From Pocillopora damicornis (lineage: Eukaryota): a stretch of 64,000 bases of DNA. A program made the translations under genes and the position numbers. Shown here in pieces: positions 37,915-51,602 of the stretch; position 1 is the stretch's first letter, and each line of letters starts with the position of its first letter. The notes beneath the pieces were generated by a model. It saw nothing but the letters and a program-made list of their open reading frames with translations, was not told the origin of the DNA and ran no database searches. Where the stretch lies: positions 62,001 through 126,000 of the forward strand of contig NW_020845280.1 in assembly GCF_003704095.1 (NCBI RefSeq), read 5' to 3'.

Positions 37915-38881
37915 TGTGCACAATATTGTAAGCCATTAGATGTGTCTTTGTTCTGTGTGTCATTCTTGAATATAATCCCTGCATGTAAATAATTCTCTAG
38001 TGCACAGACAAGTTGGTTGGTGCTTACCAAAACATAAGATACTAAGATTCTAGAAAAAATTTGTGTAAGAGTTAACCATAAATCAGAACAAGAGCTTTAT
38101 TTTAGCATACATGTTACACTGGAAATTACTTCCACTGCTGATGAGGTGTGCACAGCTCTTCAGGATGAATGGAGCACCATGACTATAAGAAAATTCCCAG
38201 AAATTCCTGTTCAATCTCTCATGGAATTCAATTAACCATCTACCATAAATTAAAAGCTTGTATTCAACAGCTGTGTCTCACTTGTTCTCAGTTTTCTCTG
38301 GGGAGGAGTGGATGAGGGGTATAGAGAGGAACATGAGGAAGAGAAAAATTAAAGAAAATTTCCATTCTAACAATTGCCTTAGTTCCTCTCCAATGTTCCT
38401 CATACATAAAACATGTAGAAACATATTTGAAAGGTTTCTGAACAAGGTAGAGATAACTATTTTCACACTTAGGAATACATTTTTTAAAAATTTTTGTTGT
38501 CAGTAGAAAATGAGTTTAAGTATGATACATCTGATCATTTTGTAGACAAAGAAGAGACATTGTTGGCTGGGTAAAACTTTATTCAACTTTTAATGTTACA
38601 GAACATAAAACTATTCAAAAGGTAAAGTACAATTTCTAACAATATGAAGAGTAGTTTAAAAGTTGTCAATGACAACTAAAAGAAACTTTACATGAGACAT
38701 TGAGTCTAAAAAGCAACATCTGTTAGACAGACCTAGCTGCATTAAAACCTTACATAAGGAGACAAAGCTCTAAACATAGATAACTGTGGCATTACCTAAG
38801 AGAGTCAGTGGAGAAAAAAGCAGTTCGTGGTGCCACCTTATAAATCCCTGACTTGTGCCCGTGGGTATCACAAAAGCCTCA

Positions 38882-41800
38882 TCAGGTTTTCAAAAACTCT
38901 GTAATTTTTCTTGACCTCTTGCTTGGTGGGGCTTCTTTGTTAGTCTTCCTTTTTTTCCCTGGTGAGCTTTTCTTTTCCTCTGAAGATTCTACATGTATAA
39001 TGTAGCGACAAACAAGATTCAAGTCAACAAAGCCCATCCGCCAGAAAAATTAATATATTGAGAGAAGGATCATCATAACAGGAATGAATAGGAAATTGAA
39101 TACATATGGTGCTAAGTACAAAGTAAGAGTTCTTAAGAAGAAACCATAATCACTTCCAGTGAGAGCAGTTTTCCATTGAATATCTCAAAGAAACCTATCC
39201 CAGGTACTGCTTGGCATCTATCTACAATGCTCTGAAACTGGCTAAAATATTTTAGCCTCTTCTTTACAAATCAGTGGATGCTAGGGAACATACACCCTCC
39301 TGCCCTTTGCATTGATCACATGCATTTTCTTTTTAGTCTTACAGGTTACGGTTTCCAGACACTGTTGAAAAGTGCTCTAAAGGAAGGAGCAGAATCCTAT
39401 TACAGTAACCATAATGGCAGATGTACCCTTGATTTCCCTTTTTTTTCTTCCCTGTGGCATATCAATTCTGATATTTACAATGTTTGTGAAGATACTAAGG
39501 AAAGGAAAGAACAAATTTCCCACAAAATGTTCTGAAACTAAGATTATCTGACCAACAAAAATAATCATTGTGTAGCCCTAAATTCTATCAGACATGTGTT
39601 ACCTTCCTCCATACCAGTATCACCATCACGTTCTGTTCTGGCTTTTTTCATCTGTGCGATATTGATTTTAACAACTTCTTTGTGATCCACAATTGGACGT
39701 GGATAATCTTTCCCAATCACACATCCTGCTGTTTTCTGTATGCTCACCGGAGCAGTCCAGGGCTCATAGATGTACTTGGGTGGATATTTCTTCAAAATTG
39801 GAATGTATTTCCTTTTTAACAAAAAGAGGAATTCTCATTTGAGATTGAATTACTAAGTTTCTGTCCTAGATGAAGCAGCTTCATGTGGAGGTACTGCTAT
39901 TTCCCCTGAATGGAATCCTAGATCATTGTAAGTAACCCCTATTAATTCCATCATGTTTTGCTAATAATTTTGCTGTATAATCCTTGGTGCAGAGGAAGTA
40001 AAAGTTGACTAACAGTGAGGATTGAGTGTTTTGCAAATGACAAAACAAAATGGCTTGCCATGGCTCAAACTCAGACCTTTTAATTCTGAGTCCAAATCAC
40101 TAACAAAAAAACAAAAAAATCAAAGGAATACTGATTTTGCTGTTTACCCCGAATATGTCAAGTTTAAATAGTTTCTTGTAAATAGTATTTATAAATTGCA
40201 AAAACAATTCCAGTGAATTTCCTTTTGAATGCACTCTGTTCTCTGAGGAAAGTGTTAAACATTAAGATAATGACTTAATGTTTGAAAAAAAGTGTAAAGA
40301 AAACACTCACTTGATATAATCTCCATTAGGGTCTGTTTTCTTACCAAATGCAATGGGGCTGTAAACCCTGAAGTAAGCATGAAAAAATGCACTTGCAGAC
40401 AGCCACATCCAGTTGCCAGCATTTAAACTCCAGTCATGATCAAGAAGCAACTTCTCAAACACCTGCCACAGTAAAATAATGCAACTGAAAAGTTATAGCA
40501 GCTTGTAACTGTCATGAATGCTATTGACCACAATTAGCAGCTACCTCAATAATTCATGCCTTTCAAGTTAGGACTCATCAACAGTAACTTGTGGAAGGAA
40601 GAAAATTTTCTGAGTCTCTGTTTCCTCTCTTAATTTATTCCACACTATGGAGATTCTCTTATATAGAAGCACTGATTTCTACTGCACCTTCAGTCCTTCT
40701 TCCCAACTAATCCACAAGTCTCCTCTTGTTAAGAAACAAGCTACAGCATGACGTGCCAAGTGATGAATCCAACCCTCTCTCCTTAGTTGAGTCATGATGG
40801 CATCAATAAAAGGATATCCAGTGCGTGCCTGTGATGAAACAAATTACAAAGGACCTGCTATAATTTTCTGCAAATTTTCACTCAAAAACGGTCTGCTACA
40901 GCTTTCAATTGCTAATTCCTAATGGGTTTAACCCTTTAACTCCCTGACATCAGAATGCATATTCTCCATACTACTCTTTAAACACTTCCTAGGATTCTGA
41001 CAAGGAGAATTTCTTCAATAATCAAGAGCTTCTTTGGTTGGTGATTATCAGCAAAATCATGCAAAAATTATGGAGAGCACAAATCACGCAAAAATTATGG
41101 AGAGCACAAATCATGCAAAAATTATTTAGGATATTTTTCTTCAGTATCAATAATTCTTCTAGGTACATATACCAGTATGCACAACTTTTAGAAGCTTATT
41201 TGTTACCTGTGTTGTGTCTAAATCTATTCCAGAGCCTAAAGGGAGTGAATTAATCTGGCACTATGAACAATACATACTTCAGACCAAGCTTGGATAAACT
41301 CTTGGTTATTGTTCCATGGAATTTGCAAACAGACTGGATTGCCCTCCATTTTGTTAAAGTTAGGTGTAGCATATGCTGCTGTATAGAAGAATTCCCGCCA
41401 CAGGAGCTGTCCATGTAAGGAAACTGGTGGGTTAGAGTGTTTCTTCGCCTGAATAGAAAAAGTAGTTTTGTCAATAGTTCTGCATCTGGTCAATTAAAAG
41501 GAATCTCACCACTTTCAATTGTTTCATTGTTTCATATGGTAGATAACATTAAAAGAAAGATCTGAAAGTTGCATTGCCTTAAACTTCACAGAAAGTAAGC
41601 TTAAATTTAAATTCACTTTCCAGGTTCAATTTTTTGACAGATAAACACTGAATTTCATAGCTTCCCCTTTATCAACTATCTCCTATACATTACAATCTTC
41701 AATAATTTACCAATAACTGATGTCATCTCTAGAATGATCATACACATTTCAAGTGACAACTAAAGGGTGCACCTGATATGATGACTTACTCTCGAATACA

Positions 41801-44238
41801 CATCAGACAGTCTGTGATAAAACAGCCTTGCTGAGAGACAGCCAAACACCACATATGGACTAAGAACAGTAGTGCTTGGTTGGAGAGAATTGGGTGATGT
41901 GTTAGGCTTCTCAAACTTGTTCACCCAATCCTGCAGGAAAATGTGATCAACTTTAATGGAAGCAGAATAAATAAATGATATCTACAAGATGATAGTCTCG
42001 TTGAACATGCAAAGACCTATCCAAAATAAACCATTACTTGTTGCTGCAACTGATGAATTCCCAGAGCAAAGGTTTCATTTCAGAGGAATGATGTTAAGCA
42101 GAACTGTTTTTGTTCAAGGGCTGCAAATTAGATTAAGATCTTTTCTCTCAGTTTGCCCTGTAAGTTTATTCTTTATAGACTAAGACCCTCCTGATCGAGG
42201 AACACCAGGTGTTCCTTGGTTGCCCTCTCTTTCCCTTACTCTGGGGATTCCAGCAGAGGGCCTAGCTTGTGACACTTGATGTTGGTTTTTGAAGGGTGTG
42301 TCCTTTCCCTATAAGTAAGGTTCATTACCTGACAGGTTGAAGATACCAACAAACTACAACTAATTCAAGTTTAATCCTCTAAGAAACTTTTGATCTCATT
42401 AAATATAAGATAAACATGAAACTCTGTATGAGCATTTAATTATTGATTAAGAAAAACTTTCAGACCTCTTTCTGCATATGTTCATCAAGTCGTCTAAGAG
42501 CTTCTGACTCCCCACCAGGGAAAAGGACTGTACTTGACTCTTCAGGTGTTTCAATTTCCAGCTCCTCAAGTGTTGGCAACTGGTACTCATTTCCTTTACC
42601 CACTGGAGTAGAGCAGCCATCAAAAGTACTTTTGTCTACTGTGGGAATCGGCTTCAAAGGTGACCCCAGTGATGCCACCACTGAACAAAGCTTCTTGTAG
42701 GTTAGGGGGGCTGTTCCACCATTCTTGGCAATAATCCTGAAAGAAGATTAAATCAGTAATTGCCTATTACAACATGTAGATTTATGACTGGCAAAAGAAT
42801 TCCAGACACCTATCTCACAGAAGTTTATTCAAAGCTTTCACATTCTTGAGTCCTGATTATCAAATTCCAACAAAATTCTTGAGAAAGGGGAGAGTTTCTG
42901 CAATAAAACTTGTGGAAAGTAGATTCTATCTGTCACTAGACAAAGTACTTTATCTGTACAGAGTACCATGAGTAGACCACAATGCAAACTTCACCCTACA
43001 GTCACTGTACACTCACTTTTGGAACTTACTTTAGTGAGACAGCTTTGTTTAGTCTAATTGATGACTAAAGTATTGAGTTTGTGTCTTGTTTGTGACTTTT
43101 AATGAGAGGTCTAGTTTGAAGTATCTAGTTTCCTTTGTCCAAGTTTAATTTTTTTTGGCCCTTTTCAGAGTATTTTCAGCAAGGCAAAGTGTTCATCCGT
43201 ATATTTTTGGTGCAAAGGGTAGTCAAACAAAATGTAACTTTTTAAAATTTTTAAGATTGTCACTTACTTATCCAAGTCATAAAGTGAGTGGCAGACTTTT
43301 GTTTCAACTTCAATTCCAGCTTTGGTAGCAAGTTCATGAACCTTTGCATCTCTTTGCCTTCCCTCAGGCTCATGATCAAATTCAAATGTCAATTTTGTGA
43401 TCTTCCATGCTTTGAAAAGTTTAGGTAATTCCAATTCAGGCTTCCCCTGAATAACAAATAACCTATGATAAAAAAAGGAATAATGGAAAAGACATAGGAA
43501 GATCATTGAGCTGGTCTCAAAAATCAGCTAAAATTATCATAAACAAAATAGTCAGTAATTAATGATATCATTCATTGATTCATTCAATATGATATAGAAA
43601 GCTGAATAATACAAATATTTTAACTGATTCTTCCTTATAATGTGTAGGAGGACAGAAACATACTTTTAGATGATGTAACCAGTAACAAAAAGTTGTTTCT
43701 TTATTGTGCAGAACAAGTTTATTCCATGCTGCCGTGGGTCTGTTCTGCAACAGGTCACTGAAGACGTCAAAATTTGGTAAAAAAAACACTCGGCTGTGTC
43801 TCATATACCTCAATTTTTATTATTATAAAATTTTGATGTCATCTCTGATCAGCTACAAGATGCACAGCAACATGGAATCTATTTATCTGGGCTGATACCA
43901 CTTGGTTTGGCCATTTTTTTTTTTTGGCACGAAAAAAAGATATTTAATTATTTTTTCTTTGTTCTAAAAGGTATGAAGGTACGGAATATCTCTAAATTGT
44001 CTAACCTCGACCCTAAACTCTTCAAATTGTTGTCCAAGTCATTGAGAGACTGAATCAGAAATCTCCATCGATTGAATCCCATGTTTCCACGCTTCACATA
44101 CTCTGGATCAATAAAGTACACTGGTCTGAGCGTTAAACTTGTTTCACAAGCTTCCTTAAGGGAAAGGTTATCGTGAAGACGTAGTCCTTTACGAAACCAA
44201 TGAATTGTATGATGCACTCTCTGTTGTTTAGCCGCCAT
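38882..44238 (-). CDS. (6-4) photolyase of the cryptochrome/photolyase family, 9 exons
   Basis: [125 protein letters not shown]. The SASAFFH.YFRVYSP..FGKKTD signature favours (6-4) photolyase over clock CRY. Confidence 0.9.
41050..41125. repeat. 27-bp tandem repeat (aaatcatgcaaaaattatggagagcac), about 2.6 copies
   Basis: Directly visible; it abuts a truncated piggyBac-like MITE. Confidence 0.8.
42185..42305 (-). mobile_element. RTE-clade LINE 3' fragment
   Basis: Minus strand translates [32 protein letters not shown], matching the RTE ORF C-terminal motif GHTLRK...WNPQGKRKRGRPRNTW. Confidence 0.7.
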
Positions 44239-44352
44239 TTCGGCGTGATTATGTAACAGCTCACTTTCCACACAAATTTGATGCATTTTATATGAAATAG
44301 GAAGCTCCTCGCTGTTGTACTGCGGGCTCTAATCTCTCACCAATAAACAAAT
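44239..44352. promoter_or_regulatory. 114-bp head-to-head interval between photolyase and DCTN3 containing a consensus D-box
   Basis: ATGs at 44238 (-) and 44353 (+); ATTATGTAAC at 44248-44257 fits RTTAYGTAAY. Confidence 0.65.
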
Positions 44353-47300
44353 ATGGCTGCCAAGGAACAAGGAGCGGCAGTAGATTGTCTTGAAAAACGA
44401 ATTTCTGACTTGGAAAGACGGATCTTTACCAGTGAAAAAGACGTCCTAAGTCTTAAAGGGTCATCGGTAACTACAGTGATATTTATTGATGGCGTGATCG
44501 CACATAATTAGGTAACTAAAATTGATTGAAATGTTTGTCTGATTTTTTCCAAGTGTTTGGGAACTTTGAACAATGTTCAGAAAAATCTCGATAGAATTGG
44601 ATCAAAACATGCTAAAATAGCAGCAGTGTGGAAGAAAGGTATGGCACATTTATTTTTTTATTAATGAAAATATCACTGTTACACACTACAGTGACTGTAG
44701 TTCCTAGATTGAGAAGCTAATCATAACAGCTGGGCTTGGGTGTACCAAATAAACTGAACTAAATTGTACTCAATAAAGGTATTAGAAAAAAAAAATTCAA
44801 TGGAGATCACCTGTTAACGTAATTTTCTCACATAGCTCACTCGTTCGTCCGATCGGGTCAATAGAGTTCAGCGCTTACCAATTCTACAGTAGTTGCGCAT
44901 GTGTATTCGTATCAGATGTGTTTCTTAATACAATCTGCGAGTCGTTTGAGTCGAATTGCTGTTCCCATTTTCTTATCATCAGTTAAGGAGCTGGAGAAAT
45001 TTCTCTCTCCTGAGTTTTTGGAAGAGGCAACACTAACAGATGATGCTAAAGCTGACATAATCATAGCAGGTTAGTGTGTGTTTTGTGTCTTGAGTTCAAA
45101 AGACATGCAAAAGACATTTCAACAGGGTATGATACCTCTCTGATTTCCAATTGATGGCATTAGTTATTCACTCATCATTAGAAATCCCTATTGAAAAGGG
45201 GGATGTAGGGCTTGGGTGGACAATTTTTAAATCATGTTAGCCCTTTCCTATTGATTAGTATAAAGGCTTTGTGTTGATATAGGACCCACTTTGACCTACC
45301 TCCTTTGATTTCTATGTTTGAAATGATTATTATTTCAGTCTTCAAATACCATTATTTTACTTTGTGATATAACTGTGTTAATTTGAAAAAATATCCTGAC
45401 ATCCATAGGTGAGGGCCAGCTAAAGGTATGTGCTGATCAGCTTCGGCAAGTTGAAGATTTGAAAAAGGTTGTGACCACAGAACCCATTAAAGGTTTGAAG
45501 CAGTTTTACAATTCAACATATTTATTTTATCACATAATCTTTAGTTGAGAGTCTTAATTTCTAGCATGTTAAGCCAATCTTACTCTTTTCAAACTGTAAG
45601 TTTCAGTTTTTATCTTTTTAAAGACTATTTTTGCTCTTATTGATAAGTATTATTCTTTTGGGTCCTGAAAAATGTCTAAATGCATCCTGAATATAGTCAA
45701 ATGGAAATTCTGCTTGAAGATACTTGTCAGAAATACTTAAAATCAATGCCAATTTGGTCTTCCTATGAATAGATATATTTCAGAATAATGCATTGTTTAG
45801 GGCCTTTCCACACTAGCAAAAAAGTTGTTTATTTAGCCAAATTTTCTGTCACCACCAACATTTTACAAGTATGGATGGTTTAATAAATTTTGGCCAAAGG
45901 AGAAAAATCTACAATTGTGCCATTGACAAAATTTGTCCCTGGTAAAAACTGGAGAAAAGGGACTTAATAAATGAAATAGTAATAAACTTGTTGATCATTT
46001 GTTGTAAAAGCTACAACAAGCGTGTAATTGAAGTAAAATCAGTTTACTAGAAAGGCAAAAATTGTCTCTGTTGCAAAACTCTGGGATTGTAAAATTTGAA
46101 AATGACCTAGGATAAATTGTGGAAATTGGAGCTGGAATCCTTTGGCAAACTATGCTGGCTGGTCTTAGGAGCAGATTAGGCACTGACTGAATTTAATGGC
46201 TTTGAAATTTTTAATGTAGATGCAACAAATGATACAAAAGATTTGTTGTGTGATTTGTGTCGCGACAGTTCTAGTTTTGTCTGCTAGTGGGGAAAGACTC
46301 TTAGTCTTAGATTTATTGTCCTGACTTTATTTTAAATTGAAACACAGATTTGCCTACTTGGTCTGCCAAACTGCAACCACTGGTAGAACTTCATATTCAG
46401 CAAAAGGTATTTGAAATATCTCATAATTGCCCCACAACTGAAAATAAGCATTCAACTGAATTCTAGAAGAAATCCCTTTCACTGATGTGGTTTGTGTGTT
46501 GTGGTTCACCATGTTATTCTTATTTAAAACTTTTTGGTGACAGTTTAGGTTTCATTTCTCTTTGTCTCGTTCTCATACTCAAAACTGGTTTGAACAAAAT
46601 TAAATCAAGTGAAAAACTGAACCACAACCTAGCAGTTCATATTTTCCAAGATAAACACTGAATGGTGCTAGAAAAAAAAATTTAAAGATGTTATATATAT
46701 TCTGTTATAGGAAGAATTTGATGTGACTGATGAAAGATTACATAATCTTCTAGCTGCTTACAATAAAATTGTATCCTTTTAAATTGTTCTTGTTATGTAT
46801 TCCACATCAAGAGGACATGTTCCATTCAATAAGCAGATTGGGAAGTGTGATGATCTCTGGGTCAGTCTGAGTCACTGGTTCTCTGAAACCCTTAGCCTTA
46901 ACTACACCTTGTAAAGGTGTGTTTTCCTTTCTCATCTTAGACTTTAGTAAGATTTCTTGGACCAAGGCCATAGTCAACAACATTTTAGTGTAATAGGTCA
47001 AAACTTACTCAGCACTAGAAGAGATTTGGACAAGACTAAGAAAAGGCTATTTCCCTTTTGATTTGACCATTAATGGTTCACTCATGGCAAGATCACAGTT
47101 TCATCAGATTATGCAATGAATAAAAAGATAGCATTGAAGGTTAGTCTGTCATTGATGTTCTAGCTACATTTTTGTGTCATCAGTGATATATTGCTGAACA
47201 AATGTATGACCTCCTTTTCCTTTGTAAGAACCAATCAAATTATAAATGTTATTACAAATTCATAAATAAAAGTACTTTCTCTACCTTAATTGTTACATAA

Positions 47301-47390
47301 CAGATAAATCTCCTTTCAAAACAGTTTGTTCAGTGGGACAGTGCACTGACTCAAATTGAACAAGCCATGGAAGTGAAACCAGCTGACTAG
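44353..47390 (+). CDS. DCTN3: Dynactin subunit 3 (p22/p24), 7 exons
   Basis: Exons 44353-44466, 44554-44638, 44983-45069, 45409-45492, 46348-46406, 46711-46770 and 47304-47390 join in frame: LEKRISDLERRI...ELEKFLSPEF...LHIQQK...[32 protein letters not shown]. Confidence 0.92.
46771..47303 (+). other. U12-type (minor spliceosome) GT-AG intron in DCTN3
   Basis: 5' splice site GTATCCTTTT; branch-point-like TACCTTAAT at 47282-47290, 13 nt before the CAG acceptor; no polypyrimidine tract. Confidence 0.88.
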
Positions 47391-48339
47391 CCTCACAACT
47401 TATATTCAAACAGAATAATGAAGAAAATATTTAAGGGATTTTGGAAGTTATTGTCTTAATAAACTTAACATATATTGTAAAACTAGGAAAGGTGATTCTC
47501 TATTGATTTGATGGTATAGAACAAAGGCTGAAATGTTGCCAAGACATGGCTTTTTAATTTGGTCTTTGTGTGTTTGGTATCTTTTATAAATAAAAATTTG
47601 GAATCAATACAGTTCAGGTAGATGTCGTTGTTGATGAAGTTTAAGGTTAATCCTTTTTTATGGGAAGTTGAGTAGAAAGTTGGCAAGTAACAGCTGCCTG
47701 GTTGCCAGTTCTACTGTTGTATTTGCCTTCTTTGAGACTAAAATACTTATCCTAGTCGATCATTAAAATGGGTTTGCTGTACCAAGACGGGTCAGTGTCA
47801 TGAGTCTATGTCTGGTGCGGTTCGTCTTGTAAAAGAAACAAACAACAAAATTGATGGGTTTTCCAAGAGGTAACATCCCTTGAGGAAATTTTCACGCACG
47901 CCATTGGTGAATGCAAGTGTCACTCATCACCTGATGCGTTTTGCGGAATTCGCTCCATAAGCCCAAGTTTAGTGAGAACAAAAAGTGTGCTTAGACGGAC
48001 AAGGTGTTTGAAAAAAGGGTTAAATTTGATAGTTACTCTCTCTCTCTTAAAGTAGAGAGATCTTTTTGGTTGTTTTATCGTTTGAGACAATGGGAAAAGG
48101 CGTCAAGTCGTCGTTTCTTAGTTGTTGTCACTCAGCATTTGGCGGGAAAACTTTTATCGCGCCCTTTTTTGGTCATCCCATTGCCCAACTATTTGCAACT
48201 GCCCTTGGCCTTTGATGACCGATCGTAACAATTTTGACAAGTTTATTCGCCATCGTGGCGACGGTTTAACTCTTCAAAGGCCTCAATCTAAGTCCTGACC
48301 CAATTTCAAGCTAGACTATTGAGGATTTTTATCAAAAAA

Positions 48340-49599
48340 ATGTCTATAGAACAGGGATCAATGCTTCTTTCGCAGAAAAAGACACCACTATGTGCGCGAT
48401 GCAAGCACCATGGTGTTCGGACCACACTGAAAGGGCATAAAAGATTTTGTAAGTGGAAGGATTGTGAGTGTCAAAACTGTATTTTGATAACTAAGAGAAG
48501 ACGGATAATGGCTGCCCAAGTAGCTATAAGACGGCGAACAAATGATCGGCTGCTTGTGGAGGATTCGCAGCAGACAGCGTGTAAACAAGATTTTCGGTCT
48601 TCACGTGGTGAGTTCAATCAGACTTTAGGTAATTCCAGACTTTTAGCCGGTATCAAATCGGTCTTTCGGATCTCATTTGTTAACCAACCGAAGAAATTTC
48701 GTAAGTGGTGCTTTGGTTTAAGAGACTTTCTTTCAGCCCATAATCTACCGAAACGACTACCCCATCACAAAATCGTTCTCAACACGTATGTATGTTATAG
48801 AGTATTTTTTCTTACATGATGTCCACAGAAAACCTGTTTATCCAGGAATCTAAGTGTGGTGGCAGTTTCTGAATTTTGTGAGAAAAGGACACCAGAGAAA
48901 TATTATTGCATCGTTATAGAGAAAGGAATTGCTGCCTTCAGTAAGGGTCAGTAAGGAAACGCAGGCAGTCGCCTCCGATTTAAAAGGAACGCAACTCAAA
49001 GAGACTTTGCTTTATAATGTTATACAATCGATCGACTAGATCTTCCTTAAGTTTCTCATAAAAGAAAAAAAATCCTTTGTTTATTTCCAGCGTCTAGATT
49101 CTCTTTTTTGATTTTTGTGTAATTTTGTGTCTTTTTGTGGAAGGGGATTCTCAGCTTAACTTCCAGTCGTGTCAGATATCCTTTCAACACAAGCCCAGAC
49201 AGAAGTCACGAACGTTTTTGAGGTTCATTTTGATTATTAGGATTTATTCGCTACTTTCTATTCCTGAACGTTTCCGAAATTGTACTATAATTATAAAGTA
49301 ACTGCTGTTAATTAACTATTTCAGCCCTACCCAAAAACTCCTCAGACCACCCAGAACCGTCGGGCTTTAAGGCAGCTCCACGACTTGCCGACTGCAACAG
49401 GGTAACGAGAAGTTTGGGGATTCTTGCAAGCCTATTCCCAGATGTCTCTGAGATATTCCTATCGACTCTGTTAGAAGCACGTGACTTTGATCTGTTGTCA
49501 ACCCTTGAGACATTGATTGGCATGGCCAGACAAGGAAACATTGTTCTCGGTTCATTTCCCTCTGTCATAATACATCCAGGTCCGTTTATATTAATATAA
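48340..49599 (+). CDS. DMRT: Doublesex/mab-3 related transcription factor, DM plus DMA-like domain (3' end uncertain)
   Basis: Exon 1 (48340-48607) has CARCKHHG...[18 protein letters not shown]...[14 protein letters not shown] phase-compatible exon from 49325 has [35 protein letters not shown]. Either stop at 49599 or splicing at ~49579. Confidence 0.88.
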
Positions 49600-51602
49600 A
49601 TATTTCTGTCGATTCTATCAACTTTGACACACCTTCAACCACAAACTTGTTCTTGTTGAGGTATCTAGGCTGCCTTTGAGTTCGATCAAGTTAATCAGAC
49701 ATATTACTCTTCAGGTTTGTGAAGTGGGTGGGGGTTAAATCAAGCTTTGTACAGAGGGAAAAATTCTTACCAGTGTGAAGATCTGCAAAATATGTTTTTT
49801 TCAGTACCCACACTGTCTTCAAAAGTTGAGTGGGGAAGTTAGCTTTAAATTTAAAGTGGCTTTTATAAATGAAAGGGTGTTTACGAGAATGGACAAATAG
49901 CTTACCATAATAGAAGTGAAATACTGAAAAACTCAACATTCTTGCTGCCTCTTTGTTATTTAAACAGTCATCACACTGGCAGGCAACACACAACCGTGGA
50001 ATGACTATGCTGCAGCTCAGGCTTTGATGTCTCTTTCCAGTTAATGGAGAAGTTTCCATGGACACCAGAAAAGGGTTTTTTTGTGTATTGTCACTCTTAA
50101 GCACTATTTGGAGTGTAACAGGTTTAGTTTTCAAAATAGTTGTGTTCAATGATCTTGAAAAACAGACATTATTTTGTATAGTTTTCATAAACATTGTGTT
50201 GATGGCTGGCCATTTATAAAAAAAAAATGCCTGTTTTCCACGCATGGTTGCATTGAACTGTTGTTTTCTGGGTACCAAGCAGATTGCACAACTGAAAAAA
50301 ATGTTAGACACAAATGGTAATAATTAAATTGTTTAATGTCTTGGCTTGCTGGCAAGTTTGTATTAAGGTTGATTTAATTAGAGCTTCATGAAACAGAGTA
50401 CATATTACCCTTTCAACCAATTTTGAATAAATTGACACTGAAATGTTTTTGTCCATCTTTGTGATGTTTTATCTTTGTAACAAAATTTGTTCTTTATTTG
50501 CATTTATGACTTCTGTACAGGTAATGTATGAATCTAAGATTGTTTAATACCTTTAATTATTTACACAAATCCATTCTATATCAAGGGAGACAGTCTTTTA
50601 AATTCATAAATTAAAAAAGAAAAACCATCTGTGATTCAAATCCCTAAAGGAAATCTTCATTATTTCAAAATTTTTACATGTTTCTTGCAACAATACTCTG
50701 CAATAAAACATACACTAATTCATTCCAAGTGGTCTACATGTAATTGGCTGGAGATCAACTAGTTCACATACTTGCATCTAAGAAATTTGCCAATTATTTC
50801 ATTGAGAAATCTTACTAAAGCATACACAGTCTATGTCTGAGGCACATGATTCTAACAGAATACATTTCCAAACCAAAGAATTTGGGTATTATGCAACATT
50901 TACAGACTGAGAGAGGAGAATAAAACTTAGAATGAAACAATGGACTAGAAATCTTAATGAATTTTTCTAGATTTACAGTAATATTAATCTAATGCAGCTG
51001 TAAGTTCTAACATTTGTGTTAAAATTCCATCAACACCCTAGCTGATTCCTCTGCTTTTGTTGCCATTCAACCCATAACAAAATAAAATGCAATAATCTAA
51101 ACTTTGTATACAGCTTACAAATTGAGTAAAATAACTTTTTAATTTTCTAAATAGAGCTTCTACTGTTGGAATCATGTGCCACCAGAATTTGGTATGTTTT
51201 TTGGAGAAACAGGATTTCAACGACATAACTGTTGCAAGTAATTTACAAACATAAATATATCTATATATACAAACTATTAAACAAAAGTTTCACTAAAATA
51301 GCTAAGTCAATGTGGCCTCATTATCTGCCTTACATATCATAACAACTAATTTTCTTAGTCCAGTCAGTTGAGTTATTGAAAATTCTTCTCAAAGTTATAT
51401 CATTAAGTATGTCACATTTACTTCGGTCAGCATATTTCTTACATCTGGGTTTCAACCATAAAAACTTCATCATTTTTAAGAAATCAAGTTTTAAATCACT
51501 GATTATCAAGTCCTTTTCACACACACTGTAAATAGCTGAATAACTCTCTGTGACCTCTTAATACAGCATCCTGTGAAAATGGATACCCTTTTCATATCCT
51601 TT

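Noticed and set aside
38882-44238. Calling the gene a circadian CRY1/CRY2
   Set aside because: Signature residues ([31 protein letters not shown]) and the short basic tail fit (6-4) photolyase better; a phylogeny would be decisive.
44239-44286. 16-aa N-terminal extension of the photolyase from the ATG at 44286
   Set aside because: The ATG at 44238 has better context (gaaATGG) and matches the family start; the upstream ATG lies in the shared promoter.
44800-44970. CpG-rich patch in DCTN3 intron 2 with 10 nt complementary to U2 snRNA (CGTATCAGAT)
   Set aside because: No D box at the required distance and no C box; more likely a repeat remnant or chance.
49691-50311. 206-aa minus-strand ORF
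   Set aside because: No recognisable motif, low-complexity AT-rich composition, and antisense to the probable DMRT 3' region.
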